The notes below the pieces were generated by a model. The model saw only the letters and a list, made by a program, of their open reading frames with translations, was not told the origin of the DNA and did no database searches. A stretch of 64,000 nt of DNA from Scyliorhinus canicula. Its lineage: Eukaryota. The position numbers and the translations under genes are program-made. This document shows, one piece after another, positions 51,801 to 61,500 of the stretch (position 1 is its first letter; every line of letters begins with the position of its first letter). The stretch covers positions 11,852,248-11,916,247 of the forward strand of contig NC_052163.1 of the NCBI RefSeq assembly GCF_902713615.1. The letters are read 5' to 3'.

Positions 51801-51966
51801 TTTCAGCGTAGGCTAGAGCCTGGGGAACCACCGTCAGTCCCACCGTCACGCCCGCCAGTAGATCCATTCGCAACCATTGAAAAGTATACTGAGGCAGCCA
51901 GGCTAGAATCGGTAACCTCCTCTTCAAGGTGCGATAGGAGCAACATTTCCTCACTACGGACGCCAT
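19119..51966 (-). CDS. SLC26A11: SLC26A11 (sodium-independent sulfate/anion transporter), complete: 16 coding exons, 1770 nt, 589 aa
   Basis: Exons 51781-51966, 48828-49020, 47336-47421, 44403-44482, 41301-41443, 34340-34515, 32147-32219, 31599-31649, 30654-30714, 29203-29258, 28425-28565, 27617-27744, 26130-26229, 23488-23621, 22426-22513, 19119-19192; all GT-AG with consistent phases; SulP motifs ([42 protein letters not shown]) and STAS domain ([14 protein letters not shown]); head-to-head with SGSH as in human. Confidence 0.96.
19528..21255 (+). mobile_element. 5'-truncated CR1-clade LINE (HER1-like) ORF2 RT, one frameshift at ~20281, V-SINE at ~20968-21170 inside its 3' UTR
   Basis: ORFs 19559-20299 and 20338-20934: [44 protein letters not shown]; 3' tail GGGCCGAAGGGCCTGTTCTGTGCTGTA(TTCTCTATA)-type repeat. 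Confidence 0.95.
21586..22340 (+). mobile_element. L1/Tx1-clade LINE 3' fragment (zf-RVT-like CxxC...H..W.C)
   Basis: ORF 21711-22019 [24 protein letters not shown]; G/T-rich 3' UTR. Confidence 0.8.
22426..22513 (-). CDS. SLC26A11: SLC26A11 coding exon 15 (88 nt)
   Basis: ttag| [29 protein letters not shown] |gtaaca. Confidence 0.85.
22651..23408. repeat. 42-bp minisatellite x~18 filling most of SLC26A11 intron 14
   Basis: Unit CTGTGTACCCTGTACCTCTGACAATGCAGAGCTCAGACAGGG; 14-aa periodicity in the ORF track. Confidence 0.95.
23488..23621 (-). CDS. SLC26A11: SLC26A11 coding exon 14 (134 nt)
   Basis: (A)[44 protein letters not shown] |gtacgt. Confidence 0.95.
26130..26229 (-). CDS. SLC26A11: SLC26A11 coding exon 13 (100 nt)
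   Basis: [33 protein letters not shown] |gtaagt (start of STAS domain). Confidence 0.93.
26380..27120 (-). mobile_element. L1/Tx1-clade LINE 3' fragment
   Basis: HRVHMT...[31 protein letters not shown]. Confidence 0.75.
27617..27744 (-). CDS. SLC26A11: SLC26A11 coding exon 12 (128 nt)
   Basis: (R)[42 protein letters not shown] |gtaata. Confidence 0.95.
28425..28565 (-). CDS. SLC26A11: SLC26A11 coding exon 11 (141 nt)
   Basis: (G)[46 protein letters not shown] |gtaggt. Confidence 0.95.
28641..29175 (+). mobile_element. Nested SINEs: a full V-SINE (~28696-29012) inserted in the head of a short V-SINE
   Basis: Outer head ends GGCGCCGA at ~28688 and resumes GATCCCGGCTCTGGGTCAC at ~29013. Confidence 0.75.
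29203..29258 (-). CDS. SLC26A11: SLC26A11 coding exon 10 (56 nt)
   Basis: [18 protein letters not shown] |gtgagt. Confidence 0.95.
29408..29985 (-). mobile_element. Solo-LTR-like element; a related copy at ~24209-25485 is split by later insertions
   Basis: TGTTATGGG...CA termini; shared GAACCCCAAA..TCATGGAGTTCA, GAACTCAAGTTAACC, TTCTTAAAG blocks; TTTATT (minus-strand AATAAA). Confidence 0.55.
30654..30714 (-). CDS. SLC26A11: SLC26A11 coding exon 9 (61 nt)
   Basis: (G)[19 protein letters not shown](R) |gtaagt. Confidence 0.95.
31291..31475 (+). mobile_element. Second short tRNA-derived SINE family (copies ~46350-46520 +, 47956-48130 +, 50505-50685 -)
   Basis: GGGGCTGGTTTAGC head, GGTTCGATTCCCGTACCAGCC, tail CACAGTAACTTCATTGAAGCCTACTCGTGACAATAAGCG(ATTTC)n. 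Confidence 0.85.
31599..31649 (-). CDS. SLC26A11: SLC26A11 coding exon 8 (51 nt)
   Basis: (A)[16 protein letters not shown] |gtaaga. Confidence 0.95.
   Translation of the reverse strand, partial: PVRTITELTRIRNSLQ
32147..32219 (-). CDS. SLC26A11: SLC26A11 coding exon 7 (73 nt)
   Basis: [24 protein letters not shown] |gtgagt. Confidence 0.95.
33400..34230 (-). mobile_element. L1/Tx1-clade LINE 3' fragment
   Basis: [21 protein letters not shown]; minus-strand AATAAA/poly(A) end at ~33400-33420. Confidence 0.75.
34340..34515 (-). CDS. SLC26A11: SLC26A11 coding exon 6 (176 nt)
   Basis: (A)[17 protein letters not shown]...[11 protein letters not shown]...[11 protein letters not shown] |gtaagg. 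Confidence 0.95.
34745..35092 (+). mobile_element. HE1/V-SINE-type SINE (related copies ~45096-45443 +, 43625-43948 -, 30100-30352 +, 17440-17728 -, 27300-27475 -)
   Basis: GGGCAGCACGGTAGCA head, V-core, GATGGGCCGAATGGCCTCCTTCTG tail. Confidence 0.88.
36515..37628 (+). mobile_element. 5'-truncated CR1-clade LINE, C-terminal ORF2 open (36673-37542)
   Basis: [28 protein letters not shown]; (TGTTCTA)n tail. Confidence 0.95.
37978..41156. repeat. 3.2-kb minisatellite, 35-bp core plus variable C-run (G-run on the SLC26A11 sense strand), roughly 65-70 copies
   Basis: ACGGGCAGAGTGACTGGCGTGTGAATGGAGAGCTG(C)n. Confidence 0.95.
41301..41443 (-). CDS. SLC26A11: SLC26A11 coding exon 5 (143 nt)
   Basis: [25 protein letters not shown]...NIVRFTGT |gtttgt. 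Confidence 0.93.
43119..43414 (+). mobile_element. Solo LTR (~296 bp)
   Basis: TG...CA termini, 5-bp flanks TGTTT/CGTTT, internal TATAAATA and ATTAAA. Confidence 0.65.
44403..44482 (-). CDS. SLC26A11: SLC26A11 coding exon 4 (80 nt)
   Basis: [26 protein letters not shown](R) |gtaggc. Confidence 0.94.
47336..47421 (-). CDS. SLC26A11: SLC26A11 coding exon 3 (86 nt)
   Basis: (G)[28 protein letters not shown] |gtgagc. Confidence 0.95.
48382..48711. repeat. 64-bp minisatellite x5
   Basis: CTGTGACCCAATGCTTGGGG recurs at 48417, 48481, 48545, 48609, 48673. Confidence 0.93.
48828..49020 (-). CDS. SLC26A11: SLC26A11 coding exon 2 (193 nt)
   Basis: [33 protein letters not shown]...MGILHL |gtaaga. Confidence 0.96.
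50764..50981. repeat. 12-bp perfect tandem repeat (CACGGTGCAGCT) x~18
   Basis: Direct inspection; HGAA/ELHR periodic ORFs. Confidence 0.95.
51781..51966 (-). CDS. SLC26A11: SLC26A11 coding exon 1
   Basis: [62 protein letters not shown] |gtaggc; in-frame stop upstream at 52039-52041. Confidence 0.92.
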
Positions 51967-52399
51967 GCCACGATGAAGCCCTCTCCCAGTTTCAGATAGA
52001 GAGGGCTCGTTCCTCTGCTGGAGCCTCGGTTGTGCCGGTTATCCCGAAGCTCTTTCCCCAACTGACAGGACTCTGGATGGATCGGACTCTTCAGGGTGAC
52101 ACAGTCCACTTGCTCGTAGCCCAACCTTCACGGATAGTTACAGATGGTCTCCCGACTCCTCCCAGGACATCGGAATGTTAAGCCAGAGCTTTGACAATCA
52201 CAAATTACTTGGAAAGATGCAGATTCGGAGGCTTTAAGGCAAGTTCAGAACATTAGAAAGACTCTTAATAGGTTAAGATAAGTATAAAATTCTCAGACTT
52301 AGGTCAGAGTAAATGGTGAGAAGCTGTTTCTCCTGTCTGGAGTCTCTGGAAAGTGTGTGTGGGTGTGTGTGGGTGTGTGTGGGTGTGTGTGTGTGTGTG

Positions 52400-53110
52400 T
52401 CATCACAGTTTCAGGTGATACTTGACCTCCTCACACCCTCACTTCCTGGAGGGACCCATTCCATCTGCCACTTTCTCCACCTCCCTTCCATCTGATCCGA
52501 TGATGCTACCGTCTGACAGGACTTCCTTTATCCCGAGCCAAGTTCCCCCCTCCCCTGCCCAGAGGCCGACAGGGTCCTCAATCCGGTCTAACCTATTGAC
52601 CATATCTCGGCCCTCACCCCTTCCCCACCCTCCCAGAAACATGACAGGGTCCCTCGTCCTCACCTTTCACTCCACCAGCCTCCGTATTGAAAGGCTCAAC
52701 CTCCGCCAATTCCAGCATGTCATCACACCCAACTCCCCATCCCACCTTCCCACACAGCCGCAGACAGGGCAACACCTGCCTCTTTACCGTTCAAGGCCCC
52801 AGGCGCTCTTTTCAGGTTGAGCAGCATTTCACTTGCACCTCCCTCAACCTGGTTTATTGGATTCAAAGTTGGTCTATTGTATTTGCTGCACCCAATGCGG
52901 TCTCCTCTACACCAGGGAGGCTAAGCACAGACTGCTTTGTGGAACACCTTCGCTCCGTCCACAAACATGACCACCCCCCCCCCCCCCCCCCCAAACCTTC
53001 CTGTCACTCGTCATCTTAATGCAGCATCTTGCTCTCAGGCCCACATATCTATCCTTGGCCTGTTTGCAATGCTCCAGGGAAGCAACACGGAGTTCAGCAA
53101 CTTCAATGTG
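52400..53110 (+). mobile_element. Penelope-like element remnant (GIY-YIG endonuclease region)
   Basis: Broken frames LVLTFH, FQVEQHFTCTSLNLVY, CTQCGLLY, FVEHLRSV are typical of the PLE C-terminus. Confidence 0.7.
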
Positions 53111-53111
53111 G

Positions 53112-53446
53112 AACATAGAACATAGAACAGTACAGCACAGAACAGGCCCTTCGGCCCTCAATGTTGTGCCGAGCCATGATCACCCCACTTAAACCCACGT
53201 AACCCGCATACCCGTAACCCAACAATCCCCCCATTAACCTTACACTACGGGCAATTTAGCATGGCCAATCCACCTAACCCGCACATCTTTGGACTGTGGG
53301 AGGAAACCGGAGCACCCGGAGGAAACCCACGCACACACGGGGAGGACGTGCAGACTCCACACAGACAGTGACCCAGCCGGGAATCAAACCTGGGACCCTG
53401 GAGCTGTGAAGCATTGATGCTAACCACCATGCTACCGTGAGGCCCC
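53112..53446 (-). mobile_element. HE1/V-SINE-type SINE
   Basis: Same architecture as 12600-12933. Confidence 0.9.
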
Positions 53447-55149
53447 AGTAGAGTCCCAGTGGAGTAGAGTCATGGTCTGATTTATATTTTCATTTCCTGA
53501 GCCCCCTCCACAAGGCCAGTCTGCATTCATTCCCCTGATTTGCCTTCAGAGTGCTGACCCTTGTCCAGCTATTAACACACCCTGCTCTTGCACCACACCT
53601 GCCTTTCGTCTTTAACACTATCCTTACTGCTTGCTGTCCTTGGCCCTCCAAAGTTCAAAACATTCCTCCCTCTCTTCAGCTCGGTAGGATAGTCGTGAGG
53701 ACTCGAAACATTAACTCTGTCCCCCTCCGCAGAGGCTGCCACACCTACTGAGTTGATCCAGCATTTTCTGCCTTTGCTCAGTCTCGGGATAGGAGGGCAG
53801 CAAATTAGGACATAGACAGGGGCAGCACGGTGGCACAGTGGGTTAGCCCTGCTGCCTCACTGCGCCGAGGTCCCAGGTTCGATCCTGGCTCTGGGTCACT
53901 GTCCGTGTGGAGTTTGCACATTCTCCCCACGTTTGCATGGATTTCACCCCCAAAGATGTGCAGGGTAGGTGGATTGGCCACGCTAAATCTTCTCTTAATT
54001 GGAAAAAATGAATTGGGTACTCTAAATTTTTTTTTACAAATGTAGGAGGGAGATAAATCAGCACTTTGAGAATCAGAAACTGTTGGAAGTCGCTGCCAAA
54101 CACACAATTTGGTGCCCGAGTATATTCAACACAGACTGCACGCAGATAAAATTACTGCGGATGCTGGAATCTGAAACAGAAAATACTGAGATAATCTCAG
54201 TAGGTCTGACAGCCTCTGGAGGGGGAAGAGTTAATGTTTGGGATCTGTGGCTGTCATTGGGTGAGCGGGTAAAATTAATATTTTCCTTCTCTCAGCCCTC
54301 CTCCACACCATGGTCTTCTCTAATGATGACAATGCATTTAAAACAAAGGAACAGGCCACTCGGCCCAACTGCTCCATATTGGTCCATTCAAACCTCCTCT
54401 CCCCACTTTTCATTTCACCCCCATCAGATTCACCTTCGATTCCTTTTGACAGAGTCATCCAGACGCAACAAGTTAGCTCCGTTCTCTCTCTCCACAGAAA
54501 TCAATCAGTCAGGGGGAGTGGACAGGGGATGGGCTGAATGGTCTCCTGCGTTCTCCCTAAAGTTGAGCCAGGTCGCTGCAAAACATCAGCACCAAGGGGA
54601 CGGAAGTTGGGAGACACACACACACACACACTCCTCCAGACAGGATACAGACTCAGTGTTATGGGGAAGATGTAGCAATTCGAGGTTTCTGAATAGATCC
54701 GACCAGTGACCACAAATTAACTGATTAGACACACAAGGAGGGAAATGCAAGAGATAGGATTTCAGATAGCAGAAACAGACAGATTTCAGATAACAGAGAC
54801 AGACAGATCACAAACCCACATCAGACTTCGCAGCCTCGTCAATATCAACACGGGTTTATAATACACCCCCCCAAAAACAAATCACCAGGCCTGGTCAATA
54901 CAACAGACAGGAAGACATTGAAAAACAAAACAAAGGCAATCGCAAAAATAAGCTGCACATTTTTTAAAAAGTGAAATGGGATATCTTTCATTGCAGGCAA
55001 AGAATTCCAAAGCAAACTTGAACAAGCTTTTGATCAATTACCCGGCTCTGAGCTCAGCACAAAGCGGCTGTTTAAAATCACTGCCCCCCCCCCCCCCCCC
55101 CAATAATTCAACATAAAAATTTGCTTTTATAAAAAAAAATCCCACTCAC

Positions 55150-55210
55150 TGCCCCCCAGCATCGATCCACGGAGTCAGGGTGAAGCACTGGGGGAGTATG
55201 TGGAGATTTG
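55150..55210 (-). other. SLC26A11: Probable non-coding first exon of SLC26A11 (5' boundary approximate)
   Basis: Strong minus-strand donor GGCA|GTGAGT at 55149 immediately next to the shared promoter. Confidence 0.5.
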
Positions 55211-55443
55211 TCACATGACTGTCCCTCGCTCTCATGTGACACAAGAAAATGTATCTTTCACTTCCGGGAAATTGCAGGATTTCCAGGGGAGGGGATCGCT
55301 TTAATTAAGTTGATTGGATTTGGGCTTTATTGAGTTTGTGGTTGAGTCACGGTCGGTTAGAGAGGAGAATCAGGGATTGTACAGCCAGTGGAGTAGAGGC
55401 AATCCCCCGTCCCCCTGATTGAAGTTATACTGTGTCTGAGGGA
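55200..55443. promoter_or_regulatory. Bidirectional SLC26A11-SGSH promoter with two MiT/TFE-type E-boxes (CLEAR/M-box-like), ETS, CCAAT and AP-1-like sites
   Basis: GTCACATGAC 55210-55219, TCATGTGAC 55232-55240, CACTTCCGG 55259-55267, ATTGG ~55313, TGAGTCA 55343-55349. Confidence 0.7.
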
Positions 55444-55531
55444 ATGTTGCCAATCTGCATTCTGTTACTGACAGCAGTGGCTAATTCCTGCGGGGCGAAA
55501 CAGCAGAGGCGGAACCTGCTCCTCATCATTG
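55444..55531 (+). CDS. SGSH: SGSH exon 1
   Basis: [29 protein letters not shown] |gtgagt. Confidence 0.92.
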
Positions 55532-58500
55532 GTGAGTGGACCATTCCTATTTTCCTCCTTCCACCCCCCTCCCCATGGTCTTCTCCAATGATTACAATGC
55601 CTTTACAGCATAGTAACAGGCCATTCGGCCCAACTGCTCCATGTTGGTCCATTCCAACCTACTCACACCTCACCCTATCAGATTCACCTTCGATACCCTT
55701 GTCCCTCGTGTTGATCTGTCTTCCCCACAAGCACATCTGGCCCTGGAATTGCCAACGTGCCGGTCCTGCTCCTGGGCTCCAGCACCAGAATCCAGGCTAA
55801 CTTTGCAGAGTCCTGATGTGGAGATGCCAGCGTTGGACTGGGGTGGGCAGAGTAAGAAGCCTTACTAACACCAGGTTAAAGTCCAACAGCTTTGTTTCGA
55901 ATCACTAGCTTTTGGAGCGCTGCTCCTCAGAGGAAGGAGCTGCGCTCCGAAGGCTAGTGATTCGAAACAAACCTGTTGGACTTTAACCTGGTGTTGTAAG
56001 ATTTCTGGAGTCCAACAGAAGAGTTAGGAGCAGAGTAGGCAATTCAGACCCTTTGAGCCTCCTCCGCCATTCAATCAGATCACGGCTGATCATGTGCTGG
56101 TTTCAAATCCACCTACCTATCTGTTCCCCATATCCCTTTAACCCATGGGGGTGCTGTGCTACCAAGGGTGGTATGGGGGAGGGGGCAGGGGTAGTGGAGG
56201 GGGGCAGTGCTGCCAGGGGGGGTTGTTCAATGTGATTGGCGAGCGTAGTTTAGATTGTACTCACTGACAATGATTTGCTTTTCAATAATCTCTCCATTGT
56301 GTGTGCTGTGACAGCTGATGACGCTGGCTTTGAGACTGAGGTGTATAACAACACTGCCATCAGGACCCCGAACCTCAACCAATTGGCAAAACGCAGCGTC
56401 ATCTTCCGAAATGCCTTCTCGTCCGTCAGCAGCTGCTCGCCCAGTCGTTCTGCCATTTTAACAGGCCTGCCACAGGTACGGACACTGACCCTCCGCCATT
56501 TTAACTGGCCTGTCACAGGTACGGACACTGACCCTCCGCCATTTTAACTGGCCTGTCGCAGGTACGGACACTGACCCTCCGCCATTTAAAAAAATTTAGA
56601 GTACCCAATTATTTTTTCCCAGTTAAGGGGCAATCTAGCGTGGCCAATCCATCTAACCTGCACATCTTTGGGTTGTGGGGGTGAGACCCACGCAGACACG
56701 GGGAGAACGAGCAAACTCCATTTTGTGAGGGGCACGAAGAATCCAGCCCGAGTTTTCAGGATACAAAGAAAAAAACATTTATTTACAATAACATATATAC
56801 AGCAGCAACAACTTCCCTTGCTGCTCACTCCTCTCTCTCTGCTGGTTCCAAACTGGCCAGCTCTATTTATGCAGGGAGTCTGCTAATGATTTCTCTGCCC
56901 CCCTCATTGGGGAAGCTCATACTCCCACAGGATTGTGGGATTGTCATTAGTCTCCAGCCAATGGTAAGCAGGCAGGTTGTAACACTCCACACGGACAGTG
57001 ACCCGGGGCTGGGATTGAACCCGGGTCCTCGGCGCCGTGTGGCAGCAGTGCTAACCACTGCGTCACCGTACCGCCCCACCCTCCACCATTTTAACTGGCC
57101 TCCCAGTGGTATGTTCGCTGACTAAATGTTAACCTCCGGCTCCAGTCACTGCTGTGTTTAGCGGATCACCACAGCCCTGAAAGTTGGGTCAAAGCTTTTG
57201 CTGGTTGTCTACAAGGAGGGCGTCCAGTTCCCGTCGCTCACTTAACGAATGCTTTAAGCAGGTTCTAGCAGTATTTACGTCACCCGCACCGGGGACATAC
57301 ATCTGAGACTTGGAGCCCTCCGTTCACAAACAGCCCGGGTCCAGTGGGCCCTTTTTCTGAGTGAGGCAGTTGGGGTTTTGGGGATGTGAAGTAAAGCTGG
57401 CTCGATGGAGTTGAGGTGACGATCGAGCAAGGTTGATGCAAGAGGCTGGCTGGGCAGCTCTGAGGGGCTGAATGGCCTCCACCTTGATGGCAGTTTTGTG
57501 CTCGGTGAGATGTTGTGATTGATGTTGTGACCCCGGGGAGGAAAGAATCAGCCTTGTGTCCTCTTCCCCCCCCCCCCCCCCCCAGAGGACGCAGGCCACC
57601 CTGTGTAGAGACCCCCTCCGTGGCCACATTTATTTATAATATTGATTTTTGAAGCCTCCATTTCAAGGTGCGCTCGCCCGCCCCTTCCTACCCTACCTCT
57701 GCTCACTCCCCTTCTGGGAAAAACTGTGCCAGTGTGCAGTAGTCGGGCTCCGTCAAGGACCCAAGAAGAAATGCTGGAAAATCTCAGCAGGTCTGGCAGC
57801 ATCTGCAGGGAGAGAAAAGAGCTAACGTTTCAAGTCCAGGTGACTCTTTGTCAAAGCTAACATCAAGGACCTGGAAATAGCGCTTGCCCGGGTTTAGAAA
57901 CAAAGCAATAAGATTGGGGACCGAGTGGAGCTCAGTACCTGACAAGACAGTCTGTGCGGGTTACATGTAGCGTTAACTGAAATGGAGAGAGGTTTTGAGG
58001 ATGCGAGGGTGATTGATTGGCTGGGTTTGTGATTGCAGCATCAGAATGGGATGTATGGACTGCATCAGGCTGTTCACCATTTCAATTCCTTCGACACTGT
58101 CAGAAGTTTGCCATTTCTGCTCAGACAGTCACAGATCAGGACAGGTAAGGGTTTGGACATTGGCACAGAGACTCCATTTCTAAAATGCTTTCAACTTTCA
58201 CTCTGTTTAAAATGTTACCTGAATCCCACTTCTTTCACAGCGAATAACATACTCCCACGCCGCGTCTTGCCCTGCCTGTGACACGTTACTGCACCATGTG
58301 TTACCCTGCGTGTGACATGCTACTGCACCATGTTACCTTGCACGCGACACACTCCTGCCCCGTGTGTTAGCCTGCGTGACATGCTCCTGCCTGCGTGTGG
58401 CATACCCCTGCCCTTGCCCCATGTGTTGCCCTGTATGTAGAATGCCCCTGCCCGCTGTTTGCCTGGCGTGTGGCACGTCCGTTTCCCGTGTATTATTAGG

Positions 58501-61500
58501 TATTTATCCCCGATTCTTGTGGAGATGTGACATTGCTTAAGACATCATTGAAAGTTGCCCCTCTGTTAATTCGTTGAACTGTAAATTCCCTTTGCTGCAA
58601 ATATTAATCTGTCTTCACAAATACTCTTTTATGTTTTCGGTCTCAATTATAATTTGTAGTTTTATTTATTTTTCTATATGTACGGCCTGGCCCCGAATGA
58701 CCATTGTTCCTCTCGTTTCTCCTCATTTATTTTGATCATTCAGTTGTACTCTTTTTCAGGAATAATCGGGAAGAAGCACATTGGCCCTGAATCGGTCTAT
58801 CCCTTCGATTATTCAGAGACGGAAGAAAACCATTCTATCCTGCAGGTGGGGAGGAATATCACAAAAATCAAACTGCTCGTCCGGGAGTTCCTGCACAGCA
58901 CCGGAGACAGGTATAACCTCCCAACACCGGAGACAGGTATAACCCCAACACCGGAGACAGGTATAACCTCCCAACACCGGAGACAGGTATAACCTCCCAA
59001 CACCGGAGACAGGTATAACCTCCCAACACCGGAGACAGGTATAACCTCCCAACACCGGAGACAGGTATAACCTCCCAACACCGGAGACAGGTATAACCCC
59101 AACACCGGAGACAGGTATAACCCGGGCAGCTCCCAACACCGGAGACAGGTATAACCCGGGCACCTCCCAACACTGGAGACAGGTATAACCTCCCAACACC
59201 GGAGACAGGTATAACCTCCCAACACCGGAGACAGGTATAACCCCAACACCGGAGACAGGTATAACCCGGGCAGCTCCCAACACCGGAGACAGGTATAACC
59301 CGGGCACCTCCCAACACTGGAGACAGGTATAACCTCCCAACACCGGAGACAGGTATAACCTCCCAACACCGAGACAGGTATAACCTCCCAACACCGGAGA
59401 CAGGTATAACCCCAACACCGGAGACAGGTATAACCCCAACACCGGGGACAGGTATAACCTCCCAACACCGGGGACAGGTATAACCTCCCAACACCGGAGA
59501 CAGGTATAACCCCAACACCGGAGACAGGTATAACCCCAACACCGGAGACAGGTATAACCTCCCAACACCGGAGACAGGTATAACCTCCCAACACCGGAGA
59601 CAGGTATAACCTCCCAACACCGGAGACAGGTATAACCTCCCAACACCGGAGAAAGGTATAACCTCCCAACACCGGAGACAGGTATAACCTCCCAACACCG
59701 GAGACAGGTATAACCCCAACACCGGAGACAGGTATAACCTCCCAACACCGGAGACAGGTATAACCTCCCAACACCGGAGACAGGTATAACCCCAACACCA
59801 GGAGACAGGTATAACCCCAACACCGGAGACAGGTATAACCTCCCATCACCGGAGACAGGTATAACCACCCAACACCGGAGACAGGTATAACCTCCCAACA
59901 CCGGAGACAGGTGTAACCTCCCAGCACCGGAGACAGGTGTAACCTCCCAACACCGGAGACAGGTATAACCTCCCAACACCGGAGACAGGTATAACCCGGG
60001 CAGCTCCCAACACCGGGGACAGGTATAACCTCCGAGCACCGGAGACAGGTGTAACCTCCCAGCACCGGAGACAGGTATAACCCGGGCAGCTCCCAACACC
60101 GGGGACAGGTATAACCTCCCAACACCGGGGACAGGTATAACCTCCCAACACCGGAGACAGGTATAACCTCCCAACACCGGAGACAGGTATAACCTCCCAG
60201 CACCGGAGACACGTATAACCTCCCAACACCGGAGACAGGTATAACCTCCCAGCACCGGAGACAGGTATAACCTCCCAACACCGGAGACAGGTATAACCTC
60301 CCAACACCAGAGACAGGTATAACCTCCCAATACCGGAGACAGGTATAACCTCCCAACACCGGAGACAGGTATAACCCGGGCAGCTCCCAACACCGGGGAC
60401 AGGTATAACCTCCCAACACCGGGGACAGGTATAACCTCCCAACACCGGAGACAGGTATAACCTCCCATCACCGGAGACAGGTATAACCACCCAACACCGG
60501 AGACAGGTATAACCTCCCAACACCGGAGACAGGTATAACCTCCCAACACCGGAGACAGGTATAACCTCCCAACACCGGAGACAGGTATAACCCGGGCAGC
60601 TCCCAACACCGGGGACAGGTATAACCTCCGAGCACCGGAGACAGGTGTAACCTCCCAGCACCGGAGACAGGTATAACCCGGGCAGCTCCCAACACCGGGG
60701 ACAGGTATAACCTCCCAACACCGGGGACAGGTATAACCTCCCAACACCGGAGACAGGTATAACCTCCCAACACCGGAGACAGGTATAACCTCCCAATACC
60801 GGAGACAGGTATAACCTCCCAACACCGGGGACAGGTATAACCTCCCAACACCGGAGACAGGTATAACCCCAACACCGGAGACAGGTATAACCCCAACACC
60901 GGAGACAGGTATAACCCCAACACCGGAGACAGGTATAACCTCCCAGCACCGGAGACACGTATAACCTCCCAGCACCGGAGACAGGTATAACCTCCCAACA
61001 CCGGAGACAGGTATAACCTCCCAACACCAGAGACAGGTATAACCTCCCAATACCGGAGACAGGTATAACCTCCCAACACCGGAGACAGGTATAACCTCCC
61101 AACACCGGAGACAGGTATAACCCGTGCAGCTCCCAACACCGGAGACAGGTATAACCTCCCAACACCGGAGACAGGTGTAACCTCCCAGCACCGGAGACAG
61201 GTATAACCTCCCAGCACCGGAGACAGGTATAACCTCCCAACACCGGGGACAGGTATAACCTCCCAACACCGGAGACAGGTGTAACCTCCCAGCACCGGAG
61301 ACAGGTATAACCCGGGCAGCTCCCAACACCGGGGACAGGTATAACCTCCCAACACCGGGGACAGGTATAACCTCCCAACACCGGAGACAGGTGTAACCTC
61401 CCAGCACCGGAGACAGGTATAACCTCCCAGCACCGGAGACAGGTATAACCTCCCAACACCGGGGACAGGTATAACCTCCCAACACCGGAGACAGGTATAA

